Shown here in pieces: positions 1 to 8,464 of a stretch of DNA of 49,659 nt (positions within the stretch are counted from its first letter, which is position 1; every line of letters begins with the position of its first letter). The notes below the pieces were generated by a model. That model saw only the letters and a program-made list of their open reading frames with translations. It was not told the origin of the DNA and ran no database searches. The position numbers and the translations under genes are program-made. The stretch spans positions 1 to 49,659 of the forward strand of contig CAJJBM010000027.1 of NCBI GenBank assembly GCA_905182445.1, read 5' to 3'. This DNA comes from Pelagibacteraceae bacterium AG-422-B15 (GTDB lineage Bacteria; Pseudomonadota; Alphaproteobacteria; Pelagibacterales; AG-422-B15).

Positions 1-83
1 GCAGATTTTGGTCCATAGCCAGGCAACTTACTTATTAATAAAATAAGTTTATCTATTTCTTCGTTAGAGTAATTACGCCGCAT
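1..83 (-). CDS. recR: Recombination protein RecR, N-terminal fragment (continues off the left edge)
   Basis: My translation of the minus strand from ATG (81-83) gives MRRNYSNEEIDKLILLISKLPGYGPKSA. This matches the RecR HhH motif LPGxGxKSA. It lies 1 nt after the ybaB stop, as in the conserved dnaX-ybaB-recR order. It is absent from the ORF track because it is truncated. Confidence 0.7.
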   Translation of the reverse strand, partial: MRRNYSNEEIDKLILLISKLPGYGPKS

Positions 84-84
84 A

Positions 85-408
85 TTATATTGGCATCTTA
101 AAGCCTGGAGGTAATTTTAAGCCACCAGTAATTGAACTCATTTCGTCAGCACTTTTTTGCTGTACTTTATCTTTGGCATCGTTATGCGCTGCTAAAATTA
201 AATCTTCTAAAATATCAACTTCATCAGCTACTAATAAAGATGGATCAATGGTAACATTAGTTACATGATTTTTGCCATTAACGGATACTTTAACTAAACC
301 ACCACCAGCAGTACCTTCAGCTTCTATTTCTTCAATCTTTTTTTGTGCATCCATCATTTTGGTCTGCATTTCTTGAGCTTGTTTCAGCATGTTATTAAAA
401 TCAGTCAT
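85..408 (-). CDS. ybaB: Nucleoid-associated protein YbaB/EbfC
   Basis: 107 aa with a typical YbaB N-terminus (MLKQAQEMQTKMMDAQ) and core (GGGLVKVSVNGKNHVTNVTIDPSL). It sits between dnaX and recR. Confidence 0.9.
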   Translation of the reverse strand: MTDFNNMLKQAQEMQTKMMDAQKKIEEIEAEGTAGGGLVKVSVNGKNHVTNVTIDPSLLVADEVDILEDLILAAHNDAKDKVQQKSADEMSSITGGLKLPPGFKMPI

Positions 409-424
409 TACTCTTCTTTCTATA

Positions 425-1714
425 TTAATTATCTAATGTTTCAACTTCTGCGCCTGGAAAAAAATCAATAATTTCCTTAATTTTTGCGTCAATTTTAACT
501 GTTTCAGTCTTTTTTGGAGCTGGTTCTGGATCTGGATTCATCAAATTATCTTCTTCTATAGCTTGTGATATTTCTTCAATCAACTCATTAGGTTTTGGAA
601 TATCTGCAGTGTAAGCGATTCTAATCAATAACATTTCTAAAGCACTAATCGGTGAGAAGGTATCAGATACTTCCTGTAAGCCTTTATGCAACATTTGCCA
701 AACCATTGATAGGGTTCCAACTTCTAATTTTTTAGCTAATTCTTCAAAAGCTTTAAATTCTGAATCAGTATGAGAAAGTTTTAAGCTCTCAGCGGCATCA
801 ACTTTGAACAACGTAAGATAGTGTATGATGTGAATAAGATCTCTTAAAATTAGCAATGGATCTGCTCCACCATCATAGAGCAAGTTTAACTTATTAATCG
901 CCCCCAATGTTTGACCTTCCATTAATAACGAGACTAAGTTTAGCATTTCTATTGGATCGTTTAACCCAATCATGTCTTTAACCAAATCTTCAGAAATATT
1001 TGATTCTGAATAAGCAATGGCTTGATCTAGAAGAGATAGGCCATCACGAACGGAGCCTTCAGCTGATCTTGCAATTATTTTTAAAGCTCCATCATCAATA
1101 GGCACGCCTTCTTTGTCACAAATGCTTTTAAAGAAATCACTTAATTCATTTGGTTCAATACGTTTCAAATCATACCGCTGACATCTAGATAATATAGTTG
1201 CTGGTATTTTTCTAACTTCAGTGGTGGCAAAAATAAATTTAACATGTTCCGGTGGTTCTTCTAAAGTTTTTAAAAGACCATTAAAGGCAGCATTCGATAA
1301 CATGTGCACCTCATCAATAATGTAAATTTTAAATAGTGATGACACTGGTGCGTATTGCACGCCATCAATTAGTTCACGAATATCATTAATGCCTGTACGT
1401 GAAGCAGCATCCATTTCTAAAACATCAATACTGCGCGATTCTGAAATTGCAATACAGTTATCACACTTGCAACATGGCTCTTGGAATTCACTATTACCTA
1501 AACTAACTTCATTACAATTTAGCGCCTTGGCAATAATTCTAGCTGTAGTGGTTTTACCTACACCACGAACTCCAGTAAGCAAATACGCATTAGCTATACG
1601 ATTTAATTTAATCGCATTTTTAATAGTTTGAGCCATTAGCTCTTGACCAATTAATTCTGAAAAATTAGTGGGGCGGTATTTAAGCGGCAGCGGTATGTGT
1701 CTTTGTTCGTTCAT
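425..1714 (-). CDS. dnaX: DNA polymerase III subunit gamma/tau, unusually short (429 aa)
   Basis: Walker A GVRGVGKTT, Zn module CCKCDNC, Walker B IIDEVH, clamp-loader SRC motif (LSRCQRY). The C-terminus keeps only a short FPGAEV-containing tail. Confidence 0.95.
   Translation of the reverse strand: MNEQRHIPLPLKYRPTNFSELIGQELMAQTIKNAIKLNRIANAYLLTGVRGVGKTTTARIIAKALNCNEVSLGNSEFQEPCCKCDNCIAISESRSIDVLEMDAASRTGINDIRELIDGVQYAPVSSLFKIYIIDEVHMLSNAAFNGLLKTLEEPPEHVKFIFATTEVRKIPATILSRCQRYDLKRIEPNELSDFFKSICDKEGVPIDDGALKIIARSAEGSVRDGLSLLDQAIAYSESNISEDLVKDMIGLNDPIEMLNLVSLLMEGQTLGAINKLNLLYDGGADPLLILRDLIHIIHYLTLFKVDAAESLKLSHTDSEFKAFEELAKKLEVGTLSMVWQMLHKGLQEVSDTFSPISALEMLLIRIAYTADIPKPNELIEEISQAIEEDNLMNPDPEPAPKKTETVKIDAKIKEIIDFFPGAEVETLDN
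504..517 (-). other. Candidate -1 programmed frameshift cassette in dnaX (CCA AAA AAG ACT GA)
   Basis: The heptamer A AAA AAG (515-509) is in the correct X XXY YYZ phase of the dnaX frame. In the -1 frame it is followed by GAC then TGA (509-504). This is the same layout as the E. coli dnaX gamma frameshift site. No obvious stimulatory SD-like element or hairpin was seen. Confidence 0.3.
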
Positions 1715-1738
1715 AAATATTGAATAACTTTAATTTAG

Positions 1739-1829
1739 TGGAAGATTAAAACAACCCAAGTATTGCCTCTACGGCTGCTGCATTTCTGCTCTGACCGAGT
1801 TCGAGATATACTTGTCTGCATAATCTCCC
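1739..1829 (-). ncRNA. ffs: Signal recognition particle RNA (small 4.5S-type)
   Basis: The minus-strand RNA contains GGUCAGAGCA-GAAA-UGCAGCAGCC, which resembles the E. coli 4.5S domain IV sequence GGUCAGGUCC-GGAA-GGAAGCAGCC. Long-range pairing supports one extended hairpin: CAAGUAU/AUACUUG (7 bp) and GGGAGAUUA/UAAUCUUCC (9 bp with one G-U). A TATAAT box lies 5 nt upstream of the GGGAG 5' end. The position directly upstream of dnaX is a known conserved arrangement. Confidence 0.75.
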
Positions 1830-1898
1830 AAGATATTATAGCAGACAGATATATAAAATTGCTTTAATAAAATAATATAGTTAACAACATATTTTTAC

Positions 1899-2831
1899 AT
1901 GAATTCAATTACCTTTGCTAATAATCCTATCGATCGTGCATCACAATTTCGCAGCAATGTAGAATGGCAGCAGCAAGCCATAACATCTGAAAAATCTAGG
2001 TTTATGATCTTTTTTGAGGATAGGCCGCTTATTAAAATCAATAGTGAGCGACCTAATGAGCCTGAAATTTTATGGGTTTCATACCAACAGCTATCACCTG
2101 TGCTGACTAATAATATTACCCCACTTTTTTTAGGATTAAAGGATGAGCGACCACATTTTGCCGTAGACTTAAGCAGTTTAAATTTAGAACAGACCTTATC
2201 CAATCCAAGTTTTGCTAATTCTAAATTTATTGATGTACGATCTATTGCCCCAAGTTTAGATAATCCAAGTACGGGTATCATCGCTCAAGCAAAATCAAAT
2301 TTTGAGTGGAATAAGAATAACATCTACTGCTCTAAATGTGAGGGTGTTAAATTAAGTACTAAAGATACTGGCTATAAGAAATTTTGTAAACAGTGTGCGA
2401 GTGAATATTTTCCACGCGTAGATCCTGTTGTAATTATGTTGCCTTGTTTTGAAGATAAATGCCTGCTTGGTCGACAAAAAGGTTTTCCACCAGGAATGTT
2501 TTCAGCACTAGCTGGTTTTGTTGAGCCCGGTGAAACTATTGAAGCGGCAGTAATACGTGAAGTTAATGAAGAGGTTGGATTAAATTCAAGAGATGTCGTT
2601 TATAAGTTTACTCAGCCCTGGCCTTTTCCATCTCAACTAATGATTGCGTGTACTGCTATAGTAGATGATCCAACTTATAAAGTAGATGATGAAGAAATTG
2701 AAGAAGCTGTATGGCTTAATAAAGAAGACTTAACAAAAATTTTAATTGGTAAGAGTGAAAAGAGAATTTGGATACCACCACCTCTAGCTGTGGCTCATCA
2801 ACTTATAATTGACTGGATGGATAACAACTAA
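1899..2831 (+). CDS. nudC: NAD+ diphosphatase / NADH pyrophosphatase (Nudix, NudC type)
   Basis: Zinc ribbon CSKC...CKQC, Nudix box GFVEPGETIEAAVIREVNEEVG, and the NudC-specific motif QPWPFPSQLM. Confidence 0.85.
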   Translation: MNSITFANNPIDRASQFRSNVEWQQQAITSEKSRFMIFFEDRPLIKINSERPNEPEILWVSYQQLSPVLTNNITPLFLGLKDERPHFAVDLSSLNLEQTLSNPSFANSKFIDVRSIAPSLDNPSTGIIAQAKSNFEWNKNNIYCSKCEGVKLSTKDTGYKKFCKQCASEYFPRVDPVVIMLPCFEDKCLLGRQKGFPPGMFSALAGFVEPGETIEAAVIREVNEEVGLNSRDVVYKFTQPWPFPSQLMIACTAIVDDPTYKVDDEEIEEAVWLNKEDLTKILIGKSEKRIWIPPPLAVAHQLIIDWMDNN

Positions 2832-3667
2832 GATTTAGAACGGTAATCGTGTTTTGGGTACTCACCTAAAATAGTCAACATATTCGTATAATGTTTTACC
2901 TCTTCAACAGCCCCAGCAACCACTGGATCGCCTAAGTGACCTTCAAACTCAACATAGAACTGTGCTTTATTAAAATCACTTTCAACAATGAAACTTTCTA
3001 ATTTTATCATGTTCACCCCATTGGTCGCAAACCCGCCTAAAGCCTTGTAAAGTGCGGATGGAATACTTTTAGTTTCAATAATACAGCTGGTTAAATAATC
3101 TAAATTTTCATCTTTTTCTTGCTGCAAGTTTTTTGACATAACTAAAAATCGCGTGGTGTTTTTCTTATCATCTTCAATATTAGCTTGAACAATATTTAGA
3201 TTATAAATCTCTGCGGCTAATTCAGAGGCAATAGCAGAATCATGATCTTCACCACTTTCACTTAGATATTTTGCTGAACCAGCAGTATCTGCCATTACGA
3301 TAGGCTGTAAGTTTAAGGCTTCAATGGCTTTAGTACACTGACCAAGTCCCATAACGTGACTACGTACAGATTTTAAACTAGCAATATCAATACCTGGCTT
3401 TGCAATTAACTGATGTCTAACTTTTTCAAAATGTTCTGCAAATATTTTTAAATCAGAATTACCAACAAGTTTATGAATATCTGCAACTCGACCCGCAGCA
3501 GAATTTTCAACTGGGATCATTGCCAAATCTGTTTTACCATCACTTACACATGCTAGTGCAGCAGCAAAATTGCGACACGGCACGACCTCATAGTCAGCAA
3601 ATACATTTTTGCAAGCTAAGTGAGAATAAGCACCAAGCTCACCCTGAAATGAAATTTTTTTTGTCAT
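2828..3667 (-). CDS. pheA: Prephenate dehydratase (PDT + ACT domains, no chorismate mutase domain)
   Basis: 279 aa. N-terminal ISFQGELGAYSHLA, TRF motif (NTTRFLVMS), and a C-terminal ACT-like region. Confidence 0.9.
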   Translation of the reverse strand: MTKKISFQGELGAYSHLACKNVFADYEVVPCRNFAAALACVSDGKTDLAMIPVENSAAGRVADIHKLVGNSDLKIFAEHFEKVRHQLIAKPGIDIASLKSVRSHVMGLGQCTKAIEALNLQPIVMADTAGSAKYLSESGEDHDSAIASELAAEIYNLNIVQANIEDDKKNTTRFLVMSKNLQQEKDENLDYLTSCIIETKSIPSALYKALGGFATNGVNMIKLESFIVESDFNKAQFYVEFEGHLGDPVVAGAVEEVKHYTNMLTILGEYPKHDYRSKS

Positions 3668-3672
3668 CGTAA

Positions 3673-4416
3673 TTAAATTAATTTTTGCATTTTTTCTAAA
3701 TCTTCTGGAGTATCGACGCCTAAAGGCAAAAAGTCAATTAATGCAATATCAATTCGCATTTGATTATCTAGTGCCCGTAACTGTTCAAGCTTTTCCTCTA
3801 TTTCTCTTGGCGATTGTGGCAAGTTTATAAACTTCTCTAAGGCTGATCGCTTATATGCGTACAATCCAATATGATGTAAATGATTACCATTAATTGAAGC
3901 TTCTGCATTCCTAGTAAAATTAACCGCCTGACCAGTTTGAGTAACTACATCTATGTCAGCAATCGCTTTGACAATACTGGTACTATTTATTTCATCTTTG
4001 TCTGTCATTTCACAAGCAAGTGTTCCTATGTCTACTGCATCATCTAATAGTATATTGGCTACTGCGACTAAGCACTCTTGATTAATTTGCGGCAGGTCTC
4101 CTTGCAAATTGATAATATAATTTATCTTTTTAAGTTTATCGAAGTTTTCTAAAGCTTCATGAATACGATCTGTCCCCGATTGATGATTCGAACTAGTCAA
4201 CTCACAGTTACCACCAACCTTAGATATTAACTCTTTAATCTCCTGGCTATCAGTCGCAACAACAACTTCACCAAGGTCAGCTGCAACAGCACGTTCCCAT
4301 ACATGCAGTATCATCGGCTTATCATTAATAGGTAATAAGGGTTTATTGGGCAGTCTCGTGGAGGCAAGCCGTGCAGGGATTATAATTGCTGTGTTTTCTT
4401 GATTTATCATGGCCAT
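3673..4416 (-). CDS. kdsB: 3-deoxy-manno-octulosonate cytidylyltransferase (CMP-KDO synthetase)
   Basis: 247 aa. N-terminal IIIPARLASTRLPNKPL, the LQGDLP motif and the VDTPEDLE motif are typical of KdsB. Confidence 0.9.
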   Translation of the reverse strand: MAMINQENTAIIIPARLASTRLPNKPLLPINDKPMILHVWERAVAADLGEVVVATDSQEIKELISKVGGNCELTSSNHQSGTDRIHEALENFDKLKKINYIINLQGDLPQINQECLVAVANILLDDAVDIGTLACEMTDKDEINSTSIVKAIADIDVVTQTGQAVNFTRNAEASINGNHLHHIGLYAYKRSALEKFINLPQSPREIEEKLEQLRALDNQMRIDIALIDFLPLGVDTPEDLEKMQKLI

Positions 4417-4504
4417 ATTGTGCGACGCCAGGGCGCATTATAACTTGAATAGTTTAGGTTTATGTTCTAATTATAACTCAAATCTTCACAATGATAACAA
4501 ATTT

Positions 4505-5050
4505 ATGGACTCATTAGAAATCAATAAAATAGTAGCTGGATTGCTAGTTGTCGTACTGATTATTATTGGAATAACAAATTTTGCTGAAATTTTATATCAC
4601 GTCGAACAACCTAAAGTAGCACATTACGTAATTGAAGGTATTGATGATACTAATATGGCCAGCGCTACAGAAGAAGCTGTTGCCGCGCCTATTGAAGTTC
4701 CTATTCTAACTCTTTTAGCCTCAGCTAATATTGATAAAGGCGCAAAAATATTTAAGAAGTGTTCATCTTGCCATGTGGCAATTAAAGGTGGAGCCAATAA
4801 AATTGGCCCGGGATTATGGGAAGTAGTTAATAAAGATAAAGGTATAACTGATGGGTTTTCTTATTCTTCGGCACTTGCTGGCTATGGTGGAAAATGGACT
4901 TATGATGAACTTAATGGTTTCTTGAAAAATCCAAAAAAATATATTGAAGGTACCAAAATGTCTTTTTCTGGTCTTAAAAAATCAAATGATCGTGCTAATG
5001 TTATCTTGTATTTAAGAAGTCTTAGCGATAGCCCCGCTCCACTGGAGTAA
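4505..5050 (+). CDS. Membrane-anchored class I cytochrome c (CycM-like)
   Basis: One N-terminal TM helix (IVAGLLVVVLIIIGITNF), haem motif CSSCH, and a distal Met in GTKMSFSGL. I place the start at ATG 4505. The track ORF start at 4409 overlaps the kdsB start and adds a non-homologous extension. Confidence 0.8.
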   Translation: MDSLEINKIVAGLLVVVLIIIGITNFAEILYHVEQPKVAHYVIEGIDDTNMASATEEAVAAPIEVPILTLLASANIDKGAKIFKKCSSCHVAIKGGANKIGPGLWEVVNKDKGITDGFSYSSALAGYGGKWTYDELNGFLKNPKKYIEGTKMSFSGLKKSNDRANVILYLRSLSDSPAPLE

Positions 5051-5102
5051 ATCAAATAAATTTATGCTTTAAGTGCGCCTAGCAAAGGGTTAGATTCTTG
5101 CT

Positions 5103-6464
5103 ATGCAATCTAAAGGAAATTCATTCGCAGCCTACTGGGATCGCAGGATGCTCAGAATATTATTGCTTGGTGCTATAAGTGGATTCCCATGGGTATTAAT
5201 TGGTAGCGCATTAACCTTGTGGCTTAAAGAAGATGGTATTAGTCGCAGTACTATTGGCTGGGCTGGTTTAATATTTGGTGTATATGCAATTAATTTTCTA
5301 TGGGCACCATTAATTGACCGTATTAAAATTCCTATATTAACTTCTATTGTTGGTCATAGAAAAGCATGGATTATGTCTATGCAACTTATAATTCTTATAT
5401 CATTAATTATTTGGAGCTCATTAAGCCCTGTAGATGATTTAGCTATTATTGTTACTTTTGGCTTGATCATTGCAATCTCTTCAGCTTCTCAAGACATAAC
5501 TATTGATGCGTTACGCATTGAACAAATTGGTAAAGATGAATCTGCTGCTATGGCTGCTGGTGCCGCGACTGCAGTTGTTGGCTGGTGGAGTGGTTATAAA
5601 TTAGGTGGTCTAATTACACTTGTAACTGCAGATTGGATTCAGTCACTTGGATATGCTAACTATTGGCAAATTTCTTTTATAATTATTTGCAGCATTGTTA
5701 TCCTTTGCAATATAGGTGTATTTTTTATTCCTGAATCAGGCACTGATGAACGTCTCCAATCACAACGACAAGATCAGGCCGCTATTCAAAATCAAATAGG
5801 TATTTCTGGGAATTTTGGTCGATTAATTGCCTGGTTTACGGCTACTATAATAAGTCCATTATTTAGCTTCTTTAAGAAAAACGGAGTTAAAATTGGTCTT
5901 TCAATACTTGGTTTTATTTTTCTTTTTAAAATTGGTGAAGCATTCTTAGGACGTATGTCGATATTGTTTTATAAAGAAATTGGATTTTCAAAATCAGACA
6001 TTGCAATTTATTCTAAGGGATTAGGCTGGATTACAACAGTTTCATTTACATTATTGGGTGGCTGGTTTGCCATTAGGGCTGGGGTTATTAAGGCTTTGTT
6101 TGTTTCTGGTGCAGTCATGGCATTAACTAATTTGATGTTCACATTCTTGGCATGGAGCGATAAATCAGAGCTGTTATTTGCTGCAGCAGTTTTACTTGAT
6201 GACCTGGCCGCAGCATTTGCTACCGTGGCTTTTGTTACCTTTATTTCAATGCTAGTTGATCGTAATTATACCGCAACTCAATACGCATTGTTAGCATCTA
6301 TTGGTACTGCAGGTAGAACTTTAATGGCCTCATCGTCCGGCGCTTTGGTTGATTGGTTGAATGGTGATTGGGGTACATTCTTTATTATTACTGCATTGAT
6401 GGTAATTCCATCACTAGTGTTACTTTGGTTTATAAGAGAAAAAATAGTCCTTAATGTAAATTAA
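5103..6464 (+). CDS. ampG: AmpG-family muropeptide MFS permease
   Basis: 453 aa and polytopic. The N-terminal pattern LLLGAISGFPWVLIGSALTLWLKEDG...FLWAPLIDR is typical of AmpG. Confidence 0.8.
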   Translation: MQSKGNSFAAYWDRRMLRILLLGAISGFPWVLIGSALTLWLKEDGISRSTIGWAGLIFGVYAINFLWAPLIDRIKIPILTSIVGHRKAWIMSMQLIILISLIIWSSLSPVDDLAIIVTFGLIIAISSASQDITIDALRIEQIGKDESAAMAAGAATAVVGWWSGYKLGGLITLVTADWIQSLGYANYWQISFIIICSIVILCNIGVFFIPESGTDERLQSQRQDQAAIQNQIGISGNFGRLIAWFTATIISPLFSFFKKNGVKIGLSILGFIFLFKIGEAFLGRMSILFYKEIGFSKSDIAIYSKGLGWITTVSFTLLGGWFAIRAGVIKALFVSGAVMALTNLMFTFLAWSDKSELLFAAAVLLDDLAAAFATVAFVTFISMLVDRNYTATQYALLASIGTAGRTLMASSSGALVDWLNGDWGTFFIITALMVIPSLVLLWFIREKIVLNVN

Positions 6465-6625
6465 GAATTTATTACCAGTGCAATTAGAAGACCCAGAAAA
6501 GCTAGTACAATTAGTCCCCAAGTAATTTGTCCATTACGACTAGTATCTTTATTTAAATTTGCAGCTTTAGAAATGCTATAAGCAAATATAGCAATACAAA
6601 TTAAAATAAATATTATTCGAAACAT
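6461..6625 (-). CDS. Small predicted two-TM membrane protein (54 aa), not in the ORF track
   Basis: My translation gives MFRIIFILICIAIFAYSISKAANLNKDTSRNGQITWGLIVLAFLGLLIALVINS. Its ATG overlaps the stop of the upstream gene (TAATG at 6623-6627). Its stop overlaps the convergent ampG stop. Confidence 0.35.
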   Translation of the reverse strand: MFRIIFILICIAIFAYSISKAANLNKDTSRNGQITWGLIVLAFLGLLIALVINS

Positions 6626-7254
6626 TACTTACCCTTATAGCGGCAATAATTAAAAATTGCTATGTAGTAAATCAGGAATGTAGAAATAAACCATACACCT
6701 TGTGATTGTAGTGTTGCTTCTCGTTCCCCAAAACTAAATAGTGTTGGATTGTACCATGGGCCTAGTGGCATAAGTGGACCCCACGAACTTCTTGCTCCAC
6801 TGCCAATCTGGTTGTGATATAGAATCATTTCTACCCAGATATTTTGACCTATAAACCAGATGAATAAAATAAAGAATGCTGGCCAAACAAATTTTTCAAA
6901 GGGTACAGAAGAATTCTTGTAGTAAATATTAACTAAAATAATTCCTAACCAAGCCACGCCTGTATCTACTATAGAATTAGTTAACCAATTAATTTGTGAT
7001 GGAATAGCACAGTTTAAAGCATCTGATCGTCGCTCACTAACATGTTGCCCATCCAATAAACCAAAATTAATCCAGATTTCGTAACCAAATACAGCGATCA
7101 AAAATGAAGCAATCAGCGTTGCTACAACCCATTTCTTATTTCTACCCGTAAGCGTAGTATACAAGGCTACAGAGAATATAACGAATATTGAGGTAAAAAT
7201 GACCATGACTTTGCGCCATTCATCAGTCTCTAAGCCGCAATCAAATAAATACAT
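6625..7254 (-). CDS. Polytopic membrane protein of unknown function (about 5 TM)
   Basis: 209 aa with five hydrophobic segments. I recognise no family motif. It lies 4 nt downstream of the NlpC/P60 gene. Confidence 0.6.
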   Translation of the reverse strand: MYLFDCGLETDEWRKVMVIFTSIFVIFSVALYTTLTGRNKKWVVATLIASFLIAVFGYEIWINFGLLDGQHVSERRSDALNCAIPSQINWLTNSIVDTGVAWLGIILVNIYYKNSSVPFEKFVWPAFFILFIWFIGQNIWVEMILYHNQIGSGARSSWGPLMPLGPWYNPTLFSFGEREATLQSQGVWFISTFLIYYIAIFNYCRYKGK

Positions 7255-7258
7255 GCTA

Positions 7259-8092
7259 TTAGTTTCTACCCATTTTAATTATTTTACCATATTTTTTTGC
7301 TATTCTAGATTTAGCTTTGATTAGAGGCTCTATTTCAGTCCGCATATGAAATGCATTGGCATGAATAATATCTTTATTATCTACCATCATGGCTACGTGA
7401 CCTTTCCAAAAAACTAAGTCCCCTTTTTTTAAATCTTTTTGTAATACTTCTGTACTAATAAAATCTTCCTGTAAGTCAGTGTCTCTTGGAAAATATTCAT
7501 TATTTATCTGAAAAATATTTTGTATCAAACCAGAACAGTCAATTCCAATTGAGCTGCGTCCACCCCATAAATATGGTGTGTGCAAATATTTCTTTGCAAG
7601 TTCCACGATATCTAATCCTTTAGCGTTGAGTTGAACTAAATCATTCTTATGGCACCAACCAAGATTTTTAATCTTATAAAAAAATTTATTCGTAACTTTG
7701 CCTGTAACTTCTATTAGTGAATTAAAACTCAGTTCAGTTAGTGATAGAGATTTAATATCTGGTGACTTATAAATAATGCAACGTAAGGCTATAACTTTAT
7801 GGGTAGGAATAATTTTCTTTAATTGCAAGCTACTTGCTGGAGTATACCCAACATAATCGTCGCGTAATGATTGTACCCAAGCGTAGCCATTTTTAATCTC
7901 AAACACTTTAACTTGCTCACCATAAAGAAATTGTGAGTATAGGTTCTTTTTATCACTTGAGAGTAAATTAGAGGAACTTGATTTAACGTAATAAATCTTT
8001 CCAGTAATAAATTTTCTATTTTTTAAAAAGCCTTTGTAATCTGACGCGGCTATATCATTTCTGATTGGGGTAATGCGTTTATCAAAAATCAC
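7259..8092 (-). CDS. C40 (NlpC/P60) family peptidase with N-terminal SH3b-like domain, no signal peptide
   Basis: Catalytic Cys context GIDCSGLIQ and a downstream His (GHVAMM). The architecture resembles cytoplasmic gamma-D-Glu-diamino-acid endopeptidases used in murein recycling. Confidence 0.85.
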   Translation of the reverse strand: MIFDKRITPIRNDIAASDYKGFLKNRKFITGKIYYVKSSSSNLLSSDKKNLYSQFLYGEQVKVFEIKNGYAWVQSLRDDYVGYTPASSLQLKKIIPTHKVIALRCIIYKSPDIKSLSLTELSFNSLIEVTGKVTNKFFYKIKNLGWCHKNDLVQLNAKGLDIVELAKKYLHTPYLWGGRSSIGIDCSGLIQNIFQINNEYFPRDTDLQEDFISTEVLQKDLKKGDLVFWKGHVAMMVDNKDIIHANAFHMRTEIEPLIKAKSRIAKKYGKIIKMGRN

Positions 8093-8103
8093 TTTTAATT
8101 ATC

Positions 8104-8424
8104 TTAAATTGAAGTGCCTAGATATATTAAAACAAGAATAACTGTAAAAATTCCACCAAATATCATGGTGGCTCTAACAGTTACATGAATTCGGTCTGCA
8201 AAGAAAATATGATAAATTGCTGCGCCCAATAGTGGTACTAATAGAATTATTAGAGTCCAAATAAATTTAGATAAATTTGAACTTAATCGATTATCAGATA
8301 GTTCGTATAGAGCAAGTGGTGTCCATGCTGCATATAAAAATATTGGCAGGTAGTAACCATAAAAATTAAACAATAGAGATAAAAAAGTAATATCTCCGAC
8401 TGGAAACGCTGCAACACCTGGCAT
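8104..8424 (-). CDS. Small membrane protein with PLD-nuclease-N-terminal-like (PLDc_N) motif
   Basis: 106 aa, 3 TM. The segment WTPLALYELSDNRLSSNLSKFIWTLIILLVPLLGAAIYHIF fits the PLDc_N pattern. Confidence 0.6.
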   Translation of the reverse strand: MPGVAAFPVGDITFLSLLFNFYGYYLPIFLYAAWTPLALYELSDNRLSSNLSKFIWTLIILLVPLLGAAIYHIFFADRIHVTVRATMIFGGIFTVILVLIYLGTSI

Positions 8425-8464
8425 ATTATTTTCTCCTTATTTAAAATCGTAAACTATGCTTCAA

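Noticed and set aside
1389-1631. 80-aa plus-strand ORF inside dnaX
   Set aside because: It is entirely antisense to a well-supported dnaX coding region. Its low-complexity, hydrophobic translation is typical of a shadow frame.
1895-2281. 128-aa minus-strand ORF overlapping the nudC 5' half
   Set aside because: It is antisense to nudC, which has clear Nudix/NudC motifs. It has no recognisable motif, and its 3' end would abut the ffs promoter region. Treated as a shadow ORF.
4409-4504. N-terminal 32-codon extension of the cytochrome c ORF
   Set aside because: The extension overlaps the kdsB start, is not hydrophobic or signal-like, and precedes a Met (4505) followed directly by the membrane anchor. 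The shorter start is more plausible.
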